Shown here: positions 9,272 through 18,455 of the stretch, piece by piece
Layout: each line of letters opens with the position of its first letter
Position numbering within the stretch: the stretch's first letter is position 1
NCBI GenBank assembly: GCA_964561595.1
Contig: CAZLQH010000003.1
Span: 9,025-73,024, forward strand
Source of the DNA: an uncultured bacterium
Lineage (GTDB): Bacteria > Deinococcota > Deinococci > Deinococcales > Trueperaceae
Direction: 5' to 3'
DNA length: 64,000 bases
Notes under the pieces: model-generated
Databases searched by the model: none
What the model saw: the letters and a program-made list of their open reading frames with translations, nothing else
What the model was told of the DNA's origin: nothing
Program-made: the position numbers and the translations under genes

Positions 9272-10374
9272 CGGACGTCGTCCGGCGACCTGCCCTGACG
9301 GACCACCTGCGTCCACTGCTGCAGCCAGCGGGCCTGCTGGGCCTCGATGCGTGCAGCGTCCAGCGACGCGGTCTGGGCGTCGTCGGGACGGGCCGCGAAG
9401 CGCTCGAACGCCTCGGGCAGCGCGACGTCCTCGCGGACGGGGTAGACGAACATCGAGGTGGGCACGGCGGCTTGCACCTCCTCCGAGAGGAGGAAGTCGA
9501 CCAGCTCGCGCGCCGCGTCGGGGTCCGGGCTGCCGGCCAGCACGCCCGCCGCTTCGATCTGGCGCCAGGCGCAGCCGTCGCACAGCAGGTTCCGGGTCGG
9601 CGACGCGTCGAGCTCCTCCTCCGCGAAGATCACTTCCGCCGCGGGACTGGTGGCGTACGACAGCACGATGGGCCGGTCGCCGCCGTAGCGGCTGAACGCC
9701 GTGTAGTACGCGTCGGACCAGCCCGACGTCACCCGCAGGTCGGCGTCGCGGAGGTCCGCCCAGTAGTCCAGCCAGTCGTACGAGCCGCCCTCGCCGAAGC
9801 GCGCGACGGTGACCAGCAGGAACGCCAGTCCGGGGCTGCTGGTCGCCGGGTCGCTGACCACGGTGGCGCCCGCGAACGTCTGGGTCGTCAGGTCGGTGAG
9901 GTCGGTCGGTTCCGGGAGCCCGCGCTCCTCGAGGCCGGCGACGTCGTAGTTGAACGTCACGTAGCCGACCGTGACGGGGGTGAGCAGCTCGCCGGCGAAC
10001 CGGAGCTCGTCCGGAACGGCGTCCACGCCGCTCGCGACGTACGGCTCGAACAGGTCGCGGGCGCCCTCGCGCGCGATCAGCGCGTCGTCGATGCCGAACA
10101 GCACGTCGGCGACGGGACGGCCCGAGGTCAGCAGCGCGCGGTTCACGACCTCGCCCGCGTCGCCGCCGGACACGACGCGGAGCTCCAGGTCGTGCTCGCT
10201 CTCGAAGGTCGCGACGAGCTCCTCGGGCAGGGTGAACGAGTCGTGCGTCAGCAGCGTGACGTCCTGGGCGGACGCCGTCGCGAGCGTGGCGAGGAGCGCC
10301 AACGCCCACGGAACGAGACGGCCGACGACGCGGCCGGTCGCGATGGAGGAGAGGGTTCGAACGGTGCGGCTCAT
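9268..10374 (-). CDS. thiB: Thiamine ABC transporter substrate-binding protein
   Basis: ORF 9268..10392(-). Start at ATG 10374 (MSRTVRTL..., signal peptide ending ATASAQ), preceded by GGAAGGG. Blocks resemble E. coli TbpA: DPATSSPGLAFLL, GWSDAY, IVLSYATSPA, VYPV. A TPP riboswitch lies immediately upstream. Confidence 0.9.
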   Translation of the reverse strand: MSRTVRTLSSIATGRVVGRLVPWALALLATLATASAQDVTLLTHDSFTLPEELVATFESEHDLELRVVSGGDAGEVVNRALLTSGRPVADVLFGIDDALIAREGARDLFEPYVASGVDAVPDELRFAGELLTPVTVGYVTFNYDVAGLEERGLPEPTDLTDLTTQTFAGATVVSDPATSSPGLAFLLVTVARFGEGGSYDWLDYWADLRDADLRVTSGWSDAYYTAFSRYGGDRPIVLSYATSPAAEVIFAEEELDASPTRNLLCDGCAWRQIEAAGVLAGSPDPDAARELVDFLLSEEVQAAVPTSMFVYPVREDVALPEAFERFAARPDDAQTASLDAARIEAQQARWLQQWTQVVRQGRSPDDVR

Positions 10375-10404
10375 GGGGTTCCCTTCCGTCACCAGGGAAG
10401 GGGA

Positions 10405-10505
10405 TTATGCGTCGGTCACGCTTCCTACGCCCGTACGAACGGGTTCAGGTTCGAGGGTCTGTTCTCAGCCCGTACGTGTCGGGCACCCCTGGCGACGTGC
10501 CTCAG
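10405..10505 (-). promoter_or_regulatory. TPP (THI-box) riboswitch
   Basis: Minus-strand RNA reads CACGUCGCCAGGGGUGCCCGACACGUACGGGCUGAGAACAGACCCUCGAACCUGAACCCGUUCGUACGGGCGUAGGAAGCGUG. It contains the conserved GGGGUGC, CUGAGA, ACCC, ACCUGA and GCGUAGGAA elements, with a CACG/CGUG P1 stem. Downstream, the hairpin CCCUUCC-N8-GGAAGGG can sequester the SD of thiB. Confidence 0.85.
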
Positions 10506-10543
10506 CCTAGCCCATCGCGGCCGGTGCGGCGCGTCGCACGGCG

Positions 10544-11773
10544 TCAGTCGCCGTGCGCCATGCGGGTCGTCGTCCGCGCGGTCGGGCGCAGCCCGGCGGC
10601 GATCACGATCGTGACGACGAACAGCGCGGCGGCCATCGCGAACACCGCGCGGTAGCCCAGCTCGCCGCCGCCCAGCAGCGTGGCCAGGCCGACGCCGACC
10701 AGGGGCGCGACGGCGCGGCTGGCGGACACGACGGCGTTGTCCAGCCCGAACGCCGAGCCGACCTCGGTCTGGACGGTGACGACGTTCAACAGCGCCGACA
10801 GCGACGGCATCAAGCCGCCGACGGCGACGCCGGCCAATCCGTTCAGCAGCAGCAGCTGCGCCCCGGTCTCGACGAACGCCATCGGCAGATAGAACGCGGC
10901 CGCGGCCACGGCCGATCCGATCAGCACGGTGCGGTGCCCGATCCGGTCGCCCAGGTTCCCCAGCGCGATGGCCGAGACGGTGCTGGTCGCGGCCGCGATC
11001 CCGATCACCAGGCCGGTGAACGTCGCGGTCCGGGCTTCGCTGGCCAGCAGGATCGGGATGAAGAGCGGCAGGATCGGAACCAGCACCCCTCGCCCGAGCC
11101 AGGCGGCGAAGCGGGCCCAGAACGTGCGGGCCACCCCGGGGGTCCGGAGGATGTGGCTCCAGTCCTTCGCCATTCCCGACAGCTTTCGTGCGTTCTCGGG
11201 AGGCGTGAACGCTTCGCGCACGCCGAACTGCACCAGGATCCCGCCCGCCGTCAGGAGCACGGCGGTGATGACGAACGCCGCGCGGTAGCCGACCGAGTCG
11301 GCCAGGACGCCGCCCAGCACCGGGCCCAGCGCCACGCCGCTGGTCATCGCCGTCTGGAGCGCGCCCAGCGCGAAGCCGGACCGCTCTCGCGGCGCGACGG
11401 AGGCGACCAGCGCGTTTCCCGCCGAGACGATGCCCGTCATCACCCCCTGCAGCGCACGCAGCAGGACGAGCTCCTCGGCGCTGCGCACGAACGCCATCGC
11501 CAGCACGACGGCGGCGCCGCCGAACAGGGCGCGCTGCACCATCGGTTTCCGTCCCACGCGGTCCGCGACCGCTCCCCAGACGGGGGACGCCAGCATCATC
11601 GTGATCGCCTGCGAGCTGAACACCGCGCCGGCCAGGAACACCAGGTCGAGGCCCCACGCGCTGCCCAGCGACGCGACGTAGTTGGGCAGGAACGGGAAGA
11701 TCATCGAGAAGCCGATCGCCGACAGCAGCTGGGCGACGAACATGATGATCAGGATGCGTTTCCAGTCGTTCAC
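10544..11773 (-). CDS. MFS transporter (drug/H+ antiporter-like, 12 TM)
   Basis: ORF 10544..11773(-), 409 aa, GTG start with GGAG 4 nt upstream. MNDWKRILIIMFVAQLLSAIGFSMIFPFLPNY... and a GAVADRVGRKP loop motif typical of the MFS. Confidence 0.85.
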   Translation of the reverse strand: MNDWKRILIIMFVAQLLSAIGFSMIFPFLPNYVASLGSAWGLDLVFLAGAVFSSQAITMMLASPVWGAVADRVGRKPMVQRALFGGAAVVLAMAFVRSAEELVLLRALQGVMTGIVSAGNALVASVAPRERSGFALGALQTAMTSGVALGPVLGGVLADSVGYRAAFVITAVLLTAGGILVQFGVREAFTPPENARKLSGMAKDWSHILRTPGVARTFWARFAAWLGRGVLVPILPLFIPILLASEARTATFTGLVIGIAAATSTVSAIALGNLGDRIGHRTVLIGSAVAAAAFYLPMAFVETGAQLLLLNGLAGVAVGGLMPSLSALLNVVTVQTEVGSAFGLDNAVVSASRAVAPLVGVGLATLLGGGELGYRAVFAMAAALFVVTIVIAAGLRPTARTTTRMAHGD

Positions 11774-11977
11774 GGGGCTCCGGTTCGAGGGCTCGACGGG
11801 GCGACGCTGCGCGATCCGCGTCGTCGGCGGCCCGCACCGTACGCCCGTCCACGCGCGCTACGGGTCGCGTCCGCCACCAACGCGGCGCGCTTGCGCCCGC
11901 GCCGCCGCGGCCTCGACCGCTTCCGAGGCCGGCGCAGGGGGACAATGCTCCGCCGCACGATCCGCTACGCTCGGGGC

Positions 11978-14137
11978 ATGTCCGGCACCCACGTGTTCTT
12001 CATCGCTCCGACCGGTCCCGGCTCGGGCCTCACGACCGTCAGCCTGGGCCTGGTTCGGGCCCTCGATCGGAAGGGCCTCCGCGTCGCGTTCTTCAAGCCG
12101 ATCCGCCAGCCGGGTCGCGAGGACGGCCGCGAGCTCTCCACCCACTTCGTCGCCGAGACCAGCGACATCGATCCGATCGAGCCGTTCTCCTGGCCGTACG
12201 CCGAGGAGCTGATGACGTCGGGTCGCGAGGGGCAGCTGCTCGAGGAGGTCGTCGGACGCGCTCAGGAGCGCCTCGAGGCCGCCGAGGTGGACGTGCTGAT
12301 CGTCGAGGGGCTGATCGCGACCGCCGACCATCCGGAGCTGGACACGCTGAACGAGCGCGTCGCGACCGCGTTCGACGCGGAGGTGGTGCTGGTGGGCTCG
12401 ATCGGCCGCGGCACCCCCGAAAGCCTGTCCGAGCGGATCGAGATGATGGCCCAGCACTTCGGCGGCGTGGACGACAGTCGCCTGCTGGGCGCGATCGTGA
12501 ACAAGCTCAACGCGCCCGCGCAGGAGGTCACGGCCGCCGCGCGGACGGCACGCACGGAGCCCGAGGAGGTGCTGGACGAGGTCGCCGTGCAGCGCCGCAT
12601 GGGCGTGTTCGACGACGACTTCCGCCTGATCGGCGCGATCCCGTGGGATCCGAGCCTCGTCTCGCCGCGCACGCTGGACGTCGCGCGCCAGCTGGAGGCG
12701 CGCATCCTGAACGAAGGGGAGCTGAAGCGTCGGCGACTGGTCGACGTGTCGGTGGTGGCCCGCACGGTGGCGAACATGACGCACCGGTTGCGACCCGGAG
12801 CGCTGATCATCACGCCAGGCGACCGGGACGACGTGATCCTCGCGGTCGCGATGGCGTCGCTGAACGGCGTTCCGCTGGCCGGCCTGGTGCTGACCGGCGG
12901 CATCGAGCCGGACGAGCGGATCATGAAGCTGTGCGAGCGCGCCGTGGCGGACGGCCTGCCGGTGCTGCTCGTCGAGTCCGACAGCTACGTGAGCGCCGCC
13001 CAGGCGGCCGCGATCAACCTCGAGGTCCCGCCGGACGACCTGGAGCGCATCGAGCGCGTGATGGACGAGGTCGCCTCGCACCTGGACGTCGAGTGGCTGG
13101 CCGCGCGCTGCGCGACCGACCGCGAGCCGCGGCTGTCGCCACCCGCGTTCATGCATCGGCTGGTCACGCGGGCGCGCCAGGCGGACAAGCGCATCGTGCT
13201 GCCCGAGGGCGCCGAGCCGCGGACGGTCCGCGCTGCGGTCCGCAGCCACGAGCGCGGCATCGCGCGCTGCGTGCTGATCGCGAAACCGGACGAAGTCCGA
13301 CGGGTCGCCGAGACGCAAGGCCTGGAGCTGCCCGACGAGCTCGAGATCCTGAACCCGACGGTGCATCGCCGCGAGCGCTACGTCGCGCCCATGGTCGAGC
13401 TGCGCAAGCACAAGGGCATGACGGAGCCGGTCGCTCGGCAGCAGCTCGAGGACACCGTGGTGCTGGGGACGATGATGCTGGCGCACGGCGAGGTCGACGG
13501 CCTCGTCTCGGGCGCGGTCCACACGACGGCGAACACCGTTCGGCCCGCCATGCAGCTGATCAAGACCACGCCCGAGGCCAAGCTGATCAGCTCGGTGTTC
13601 TTCATGTGCCTGCCCGATCAGGTGCTCGTCTACGGCGACTGCGCGATCAACCCCGATCCGAACGCCGAGGAGCTGGCCGACATCGCCGTGCAGTCGGCCG
13701 ACTCGGCCGTCTACTTCGGGATCGAGCCGCGGGTGGCGATGATCAGCTACTCGACCGGGGCGTCGGGCGAGGGAAGCGACGTCGAGAAGGTGCGCGAGGC
13801 GACCCGCATCGCTCAGGAGCGGCGTCCCGACTTCCTCATCGACGGCCCCCTCCAGTACGACGCGGCGTCGGTCGCGTCGGTAGCGGAGACGAAGGCGCCG
13901 GACAGCCCGGTCGCCGGCCGGGCCACCGTGCTGATCTTCCCGGACCTGAACACGGGGAACACGACGTACAAGGCGGTCCAGCGAAGCGCGAACGTGGTCT
14001 CGATCGGTCCGATGCTGCAGGGCCTGCGGCGTCCGGTCAACGACCTGTCGCGCGGCGCGCTGGTGGACGACATCGTCTACACGATCGCCCTGACCGCGAT
14101 CCAAGCCAGGCAGGCCGAGGAACGCGAAGCCGGCTGA
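11978..14137 (+). CDS. pta: Phosphate acetyltransferase, long form (N-terminal P-loop-like/DRTGG region plus PTA domain)
   Basis: C-terminal 719 codons of ORF 10553..14137(+). Start at ATG 11978 (MSGTHVFFIAPTGPGSGLTTVSLGL...), 6 nt after a TACGCT -10 hexamer. Length and layout match E. coli-type Pta (about 714 aa). C-terminal motifs: SGAVHTTANTVRPA, YGDCAINPDP. Confidence 0.9.
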   Translation: MSGTHVFFIAPTGPGSGLTTVSLGLVRALDRKGLRVAFFKPIRQPGREDGRELSTHFVAETSDIDPIEPFSWPYAEELMTSGREGQLLEEVVGRAQERLEAAEVDVLIVEGLIATADHPELDTLNERVATAFDAEVVLVGSIGRGTPESLSERIEMMAQHFGGVDDSRLLGAIVNKLNAPAQEVTAAARTARTEPEEVLDEVAVQRRMGVFDDDFRLIGAIPWDPSLVSPRTLDVARQLEARILNEGELKRRRLVDVSVVARTVANMTHRLRPGALIITPGDRDDVILAVAMASLNGVPLAGLVLTGGIEPDERIMKLCERAVADGLPVLLVESDSYVSAAQAAAINLEVPPDDLERIERVMDEVASHLDVEWLAARCATDREPRLSPPAFMHRLVTRARQADKRIVLPEGAEPRTVRAAVRSHERGIARCVLIAKPDEVRRVAETQGLELPDELEILNPTVHRRERYVAPMVELRKHKGMTEPVARQQLEDTVVLGTMMLAHGEVDGLVSGAVHTTANTVRPAMQLIKTTPEAKLISSVFFMCLPDQVLVYGDCAINPDPNAEELADIAVQSADSAVYFGIEPRVAMISYSTGASGEGSDVEKVREATRIAQERRPDFLIDGPLQYDAASVASVAETKAPDSPVAGRATVLIFPDLNTGNTTYKAVQRSANVVSIGPMLQGLRRPVNDLSRGALVDDIVYTIALTAIQARQAEEREAG

Positions 14138-14369
14138 CCCGGCACGATCGGCGGACGCCGCTGCGCCGCGCTGTCGAGCGCCTGCTGCCGCCGGGTCGCG
14201 CGACGACAGCGAGCCGCGATCGAGCCCCTTCGCCGGGACCGTCCTCATTCGCCGTGACGTGTTTCGCTGCGCATGCGCGACAACGCGTACGAGATGCGCA
14301 CGTCGCCGCGTTCGCAGCTCACGAAGCTCGTGCTGGACGCGAGGCTCGTTTCCACGTGCGCATCTTCGC

Positions 14370-14397
14370 CCTGGATTCGCGCATGTGCGAATCCAGG
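14370..14397. repeat. Perfect inverted repeat CCTGGATTCGC-GCATGT-GCGAATCCAGG
   Basis: 11-bp arms with a 6-nt centre, in the middle of the 403-nt pta/mutS2 intergenic region. No U-tract follows on either strand, so it is not a classical intrinsic terminator. Confidence 0.6.
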
Positions 14398-14540
14398 CTT
14401 CGGGAAAGACGATCGATCGGCGCGCCCGCGACGCGGGCGTGGCGCCGACCCGGCGCTCCGACCGTCCCTTGGATCGGCGCACCGACCGCTGCCGTCCGGG
14501 CTGCGGTCCCGTCGGCCCCTCGGCGGTATGCTGATCGGCC

Positions 14541-16865
14541 GTGACCATCGCCGCAGCGCTCCTCGACAAGCTGGCCTACCCACGCGTGGCGACCGCGCTG
14601 GCGGAACGTGCCGCGACGCGGCTGGGCGTCGAGCGGGCGGAAGCGCTCGCACCGCTGGAAGACCGCGCCGAGGTCGGCCGGCGCCTCGACCGGGTCGACG
14701 AGATCCTGGCCTCGAGCGAGCTCCCCCTCGGCGGTATCGAGGACGTGCGGCCGTGGCTGGCGCAGGCGCGCGACGGCCGGATGCTCGAGGGGAGCGAGCT
14801 GCTTTCGGTCGCCTACACGCTGGACGGCACGGAGCGGCTGCGTCGCGCGGTGGCCGAGAGCGACCGTCCGGCGCTGAACGCGCTCGCCGCGGAGATGGGC
14901 AGCTTCGAGGGCTGGCTCAGGATGGTGCGCGAGCGGCTGGACGGCGACGGCGAGGTGCGCGACGACGCGACGCCCAAGCTCCGCGAGATCCGGCGGCGGC
15001 TGCGGCCGCTGCGCGGCCGGATCCGCGACCGCATGCACAAGCTGCTCGAGCAGTACGCCGACGCGGTCCAGGATCCGATCGTCACGCTGCGGCGCGACCG
15101 CTACGTGATTCCGATCCGGGCGTCGGCGCAGTCGCGCGTGCCCGGCATCGCGATCGACGCCAGCGACTCGGGACGCACGGTGTTCCTGGAGCCGCAGTCC
15201 GTGGTGGCCATGAACAACGAGCTCGCGCTGCTCGAGTTCGAGGAGCGCGACGAGGTGCGCCGCATCCTGCTCGAGCTGGGCCGCCGCATCGCGGACCATC
15301 CCGAGGTGGACACCACGCTGGAGCGGGTCGCCGAGCTGGACCTCGCGAACGCGTCCGCCCGCCTGGCGGAGGACTGGGGCCTGCATCGCTGCGAGCCCGG
15401 CGACGCGGACGGCCTCGTGGCGCTCCCTGCCGCGCGTCACCCGCTGGTCGAGGCGTGCGTCCCGAACGACCTGGACCTGGACGCCGAGCGTCGGCTGCTG
15501 ATCGTCACCGGTCCGAACGCGGGTGGCAAGACGGTGCTGCTCAAGACCTTGGGGCTGGCGGTCGCGATGGCGCAGAGCGGCCTGGGCGTCGCGGCGGGCG
15601 ATCCGGCCACGCCGCCGCGGCTCCCGTGGTTCGCGACGGTGCTTGCCGACATCGGCGACGAGCAGTCGATCGAGGCGTCGTTGTCGACCTACGCCGGGCA
15701 TCTCACGAACCTCGCGAGGATCGTGCGCGAGGCCGACCCCGCTACGCTGGTGCTCATCGACGAGCTGGGCTCGGGAACCGATCCGGACGAGGGGGCGGCG
15801 CTGTCGCAGGCGATCCTCGAGGAGGTGCTCGCGACCGGGGCGCGCGGTCTGGTGACGACCCACCTCGCGCCGCTCAAGGTGTTCGCGTCGGACACGGCCG
15901 GCGTGCGGAACGCCGCGATGCGGTTCGACGTCGAGCGCCTGACGCCCACCTTCCACATGGCCGTCGGGCAGCCGGGACGCAGCTACGCGCTCGCGATCGC
16001 CGAGCGGCTGGGACTGAGGCGCGACGTGCTGGACCGGGCGTCGCGGATCCTGGGCCCGGAGGGCGAGCGTCTGGAGCGGCTGCTGGCGACGCTCGAGCGG
16101 CAGCGCGAGGAGCTGGGGGAGCGCCTGGCCGAGACGGAGAGCGCGCGCGAGGCCGCGAGGGACGAGGCCGACCTGCTGCGCACCGAGCTGGACCGACTAC
16201 GCCGCCGCGAGGACGACCTGATGGCCGAGGCGGCGGCGCGCGCGGACGCGAAGCTGCAAGAAACGCTGCAGCGGGCCACGCGGCTGACGAAGACCGCTCG
16301 CAGCGAGGAGGGCGAGGGACGCTCGCAGGCGCTCGAGGAGATCCGTCGACTACGGGCGGAGGCGCAGAAGCGGGCCAAGCCGTCGCGGCCGGCGTCGCAG
16401 GCGCCCAGCGAGCCCGCCTCGCGACTGCGTCCGGGAACGCGGGTGCGCGTGCCGGCCTACGACGCCGAAGGACCGATCGTGGAGCTGCGCGGCGACACGG
16501 TCCAGGTGCAGCTGGGCCTTCTGCGGGTGGAGGCCGGCACCGACGAGGTCGAGCCGGTCGCTCCGCCCAGCCGTCCGAAAGGCTCCGGCGGCCAGCCGGC
16601 GGCGAGCTTCGGCGTCGCGTTCGACGAGGAGCTGAACGTTCGTGGCGACCGGGTCGAGGAGGCGCTCGAGAAGATCCGCGACTTCGTGCTCGAGGCCCAG
16701 GCGATGAAGATCGGCAAGATCCGGATCCTCCACGGCAAGGGCACCGGCGCGTTGCGGGACGCCGTCCGCAGCTACCTCAAGGACGAGAAGCGGGTCGAGC
16801 GGTTCGAGGACGCCGTTCCGTACGAGGGCGGCCACGGCGTGACCGTGGCGTACCTCGACGTCTGA
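14541..16865 (+). CDS. mutS2: Endonuclease MutS2 (MutS domain III/V ATPase plus C-terminal Smr domain)
   Basis: ORF 14541..16865(+), 774 aa, GTG start 8 nt after a TATGCT hexamer. Walker A GPNAGGKT, DELGSGTDP, coiled-coil linker, and Smr end LNVRGDRVEEA...ILHGKGTGALR. Confidence 0.9.
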   Translation: MTIAAALLDKLAYPRVATALAERAATRLGVERAEALAPLEDRAEVGRRLDRVDEILASSELPLGGIEDVRPWLAQARDGRMLEGSELLSVAYTLDGTERLRRAVAESDRPALNALAAEMGSFEGWLRMVRERLDGDGEVRDDATPKLREIRRRLRPLRGRIRDRMHKLLEQYADAVQDPIVTLRRDRYVIPIRASAQSRVPGIAIDASDSGRTVFLEPQSVVAMNNELALLEFEERDEVRRILLELGRRIADHPEVDTTLERVAELDLANASARLAEDWGLHRCEPGDADGLVALPAARHPLVEACVPNDLDLDAERRLLIVTGPNAGGKTVLLKTLGLAVAMAQSGLGVAAGDPATPPRLPWFATVLADIGDEQSIEASLSTYAGHLTNLARIVREADPATLVLIDELGSGTDPDEGAALSQAILEEVLATGARGLVTTHLAPLKVFASDTAGVRNAAMRFDVERLTPTFHMAVGQPGRSYALAIAERLGLRRDVLDRASRILGPEGERLERLLATLERQREELGERLAETESAREAARDEADLLRTELDRLRRREDDLMAEAAARADAKLQETLQRATRLTKTARSEEGEGRSQALEEIRRLRAEAQKRAKPSRPASQAPSEPASRLRPGTRVRVPAYDAEGPIVELRGDTVQVQLGLLRVEAGTDEVEPVAPPSRPKGSGGQPAASFGVAFDEELNVRGDRVEEALEKIRDFVLEAQAMKIGKIRILHGKGTGALRDAVRSYLKDEKRVERFEDAVPYEGGHGVTVAYLDV

Positions 16866-16934
16866 GCGGGGTGCGCTCCCCGGCGATCGGACCTGTGCGT
16901 GCCACCGCGGCGCTGGCGCGGTAGCCTTGCCCGC

Positions 16935-17636
16935 ATGAGAGCTCCCGCCTCCTCGGCCTCGTCCTCCTCCTCGACCGCCTCGGCGAGCGGCGCGACCCGT
17001 CGTGCGCTGGTGTTCGACCTGGACGGCACGCTGATCGACAGCCTGCCCGACATCGTCTGGAGCTTTCGTGCCGCGTTCGAGGCCGAGGCCGTGCCGGCAC
17101 CCGCCGAGGCCGACGTCCGCACGCTGATCGGGCGCCCGCTCGAGGAGATGGTGGCGGCGTTCGTGAGCGACGGCTCGGACGTGACGCCGATCTGCGACGC
17201 CTACCGGCGGATCTACCCGCTCCACTTCACCGAGCGCACCCGGCCGTTCCCGGGGGCGACCGAGGTGTTGGCGGAGGTTCGGCGGCGCGGCTGGGCCACT
17301 GCGGTCGCGACGACGAAGCGGACCTCGATGGCGACCAGGCTCGTGACGGCGCTGGGGCTGGACCCGTACCTCGACCACGTTCAGGGAACCGACGATCTGC
17401 CCCACAAGCCGGCACCGGACGTGATCCACGCTGCCTTGGCGGCGCTCGGCGCCGAGGGGGCGTGGATGGTGGGCGACACGGTCAGCGATCTTCAGGCGGG
17501 CCGGGCGGCCGGTCTGCGGACCTACGCAGTCAGCTGGGGGACGCACGATGCACGGCGCCTGGCGGAGGCGGCCCCCGACGTGCTCGAGCCCGACCTGTGG
17601 CGACTGTTGGAGCTGGTGCCCGCGGCGCCCTCCTGA
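16935..17636 (+). CDS. HAD-superfamily phosphatase (phosphoglycolate phosphatase-like)
   Basis: Part of ORF 16899..17636(+). ATG 16935 lies 7 nt after a TAGCCT hexamer. Motif I VFDLDGTLIDS; motif III/IV KPAPD...VGDTVSD. An unusual Ser/Ala-rich 25-aa N-terminal extension ([15 protein letters not shown]) precedes motif I. Confidence 0.8.
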   Translation: MRAPASSASSSSSTASASGATRRALVFDLDGTLIDSLPDIVWSFRAAFEAEAVPAPAEADVRTLIGRPLEEMVAAFVSDGSDVTPICDAYRRIYPLHFTERTRPFPGATEVLAEVRRRGWATAVATTKRTSMATRLVTALGLDPYLDHVQGTDDLPHKPAPDVIHAALAALGAEGAWMVGDTVSDLQAGRAAGLRTYAVSWGTHDARRLAEAAPDVLEPDLWRLLELVPAAPS

Positions 17637-17737
17637 TCAGGAGCGATCCGGAGACCGTTCCGCGGACACGCACGTGCGACCGCGTCCCCGTCGGAGCGGT
17701 CGTTCGAAGGCCACGAGCGCCCCTGGTACCATCGCTC

Positions 17738-18424
17738 ATGGACCGACTCGAGAAGCAGTACGTCATCGACGCCCTGGCGGAAGACTCCTGGCGGATGTTC
17801 CGGATCATGGGCGAGTTCGTCCAAGGGTTCGAAGAGATGGCCGACGTCGGCAAGGCGGTCACGATCTTCGGGTCGGCGCGGCTGAAGCCCGACCACGCCG
17901 TGTACGAAAAGGCGGAAGAGCTGGCCCGGGACCTGGCCGAATCGGGCTACGCCGTCCTGACCGGGGGAGGTCCCGGCGTGATGGAGGCGGGAAACAAGGG
18001 CGCGTTCGAGGCGGGCGGACGGTCGGTGGGGCTGAACATCGCGCTGCCGCACGAGCAGGCGCCCAACGGCTATCAGACCGACGGGCTGGACTTCAAGTAC
18101 TTCTTCGTCCGCAAGGTGATGCTGGTGAAGTACTCGACCGCGTTCGTGGCGTTCCCCGGCGGCTTCGGCACGATCGACGAGCTGTTCGAGGCGCTCACGC
18201 TGATCCAGACGAAGAAGATCAAGCCGTTCCCCGTCTACCTGGTGGGCGTCGACTACTGGCAAGGCCTGATCCAGTGGCTGCAGGGCACGCTGGTCCGCCA
18301 GGGGACCGTGTCGGAGCGCGATCTGCACCTGTTCAAGGTCGTCGACGACGTCAGCGGCATCCCGGGCGAGATCGACGACTACTACCGGTCGAAGAACCAC
18401 GGCGGGTTCGATCTGCCGTACTGA
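17738..18424 (+). CDS. LOG-family protein (TIGR00730 / cytokinin riboside 5'-monophosphate phosphoribohydrolase-like)
   Basis: Part of ORF 17462..18424(+). ATG 17738 lies 5 nt after a TACCAT hexamer. Motifs TGGGPGVMEA and PGGFGTIDELFE are diagnostic of the LOG/PpnN family. Confidence 0.85.
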   Translation: MDRLEKQYVIDALAEDSWRMFRIMGEFVQGFEEMADVGKAVTIFGSARLKPDHAVYEKAEELARDLAESGYAVLTGGGPGVMEAGNKGAFEAGGRSVGLNIALPHEQAPNGYQTDGLDFKYFFVRKVMLVKYSTAFVAFPGGFGTIDELFEALTLIQTKKIKPFPVYLVGVDYWQGLIQWLQGTLVRQGTVSERDLHLFKVVDDVSGIPGEIDDYYRSKNHGGFDLPY

Positions 18425-18455
18425 CGCGCCGACGAGCGGCACGCAGCGAGATGTG

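Noticed and set aside
6457-10614. Very long ORFs in alternative frames or on the opposite strand. Examples: 6457..10614 (+, 1385 aa), 43043..46195 (+), 52119..56747 (-, 1542 aa), 59297..61480 (+), 37740..40637 (+), 47398..50268 (-).
   Set aside because: Their translations are Arg/Pro/Gly/Ala-rich low-complexity strings with no motifs. They overlap genes that have clear family signatures. Stop codons are rare in off-frames of roughly 70% GC DNA, so these are shadow ORFs.
10553-11977. N-terminal 475-codon extension of the pta ORF (track ORF 10553..14137).
   Set aside because: The extension is antisense to the well-supported MFS transporter gene and has shadow-ORF composition. Pta homology begins at MSGTHVFFIAPTG (ATG 11978), which has a -10 hexamer 6 nt upstream.
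14273-14400. Possible small gene in the pta-mutS2 spacer. ATG 14273 (MRDNAYEMRTSPRSQLTKLVLDARLV...) shows high GC3 for about 25 codons. I also considered it as an ackA N-terminal remnant.
   Set aside because: The frame has no nearby stop and runs into a 883-aa shadow ORF. GC3 decays after about 25 codons. The antisense frame shares the same third positions and looks equally 'coding'. The resemblance to AckA (KLVLVLNCGSSS) is too weak. It is kept only as part of the intergenic-region finding.
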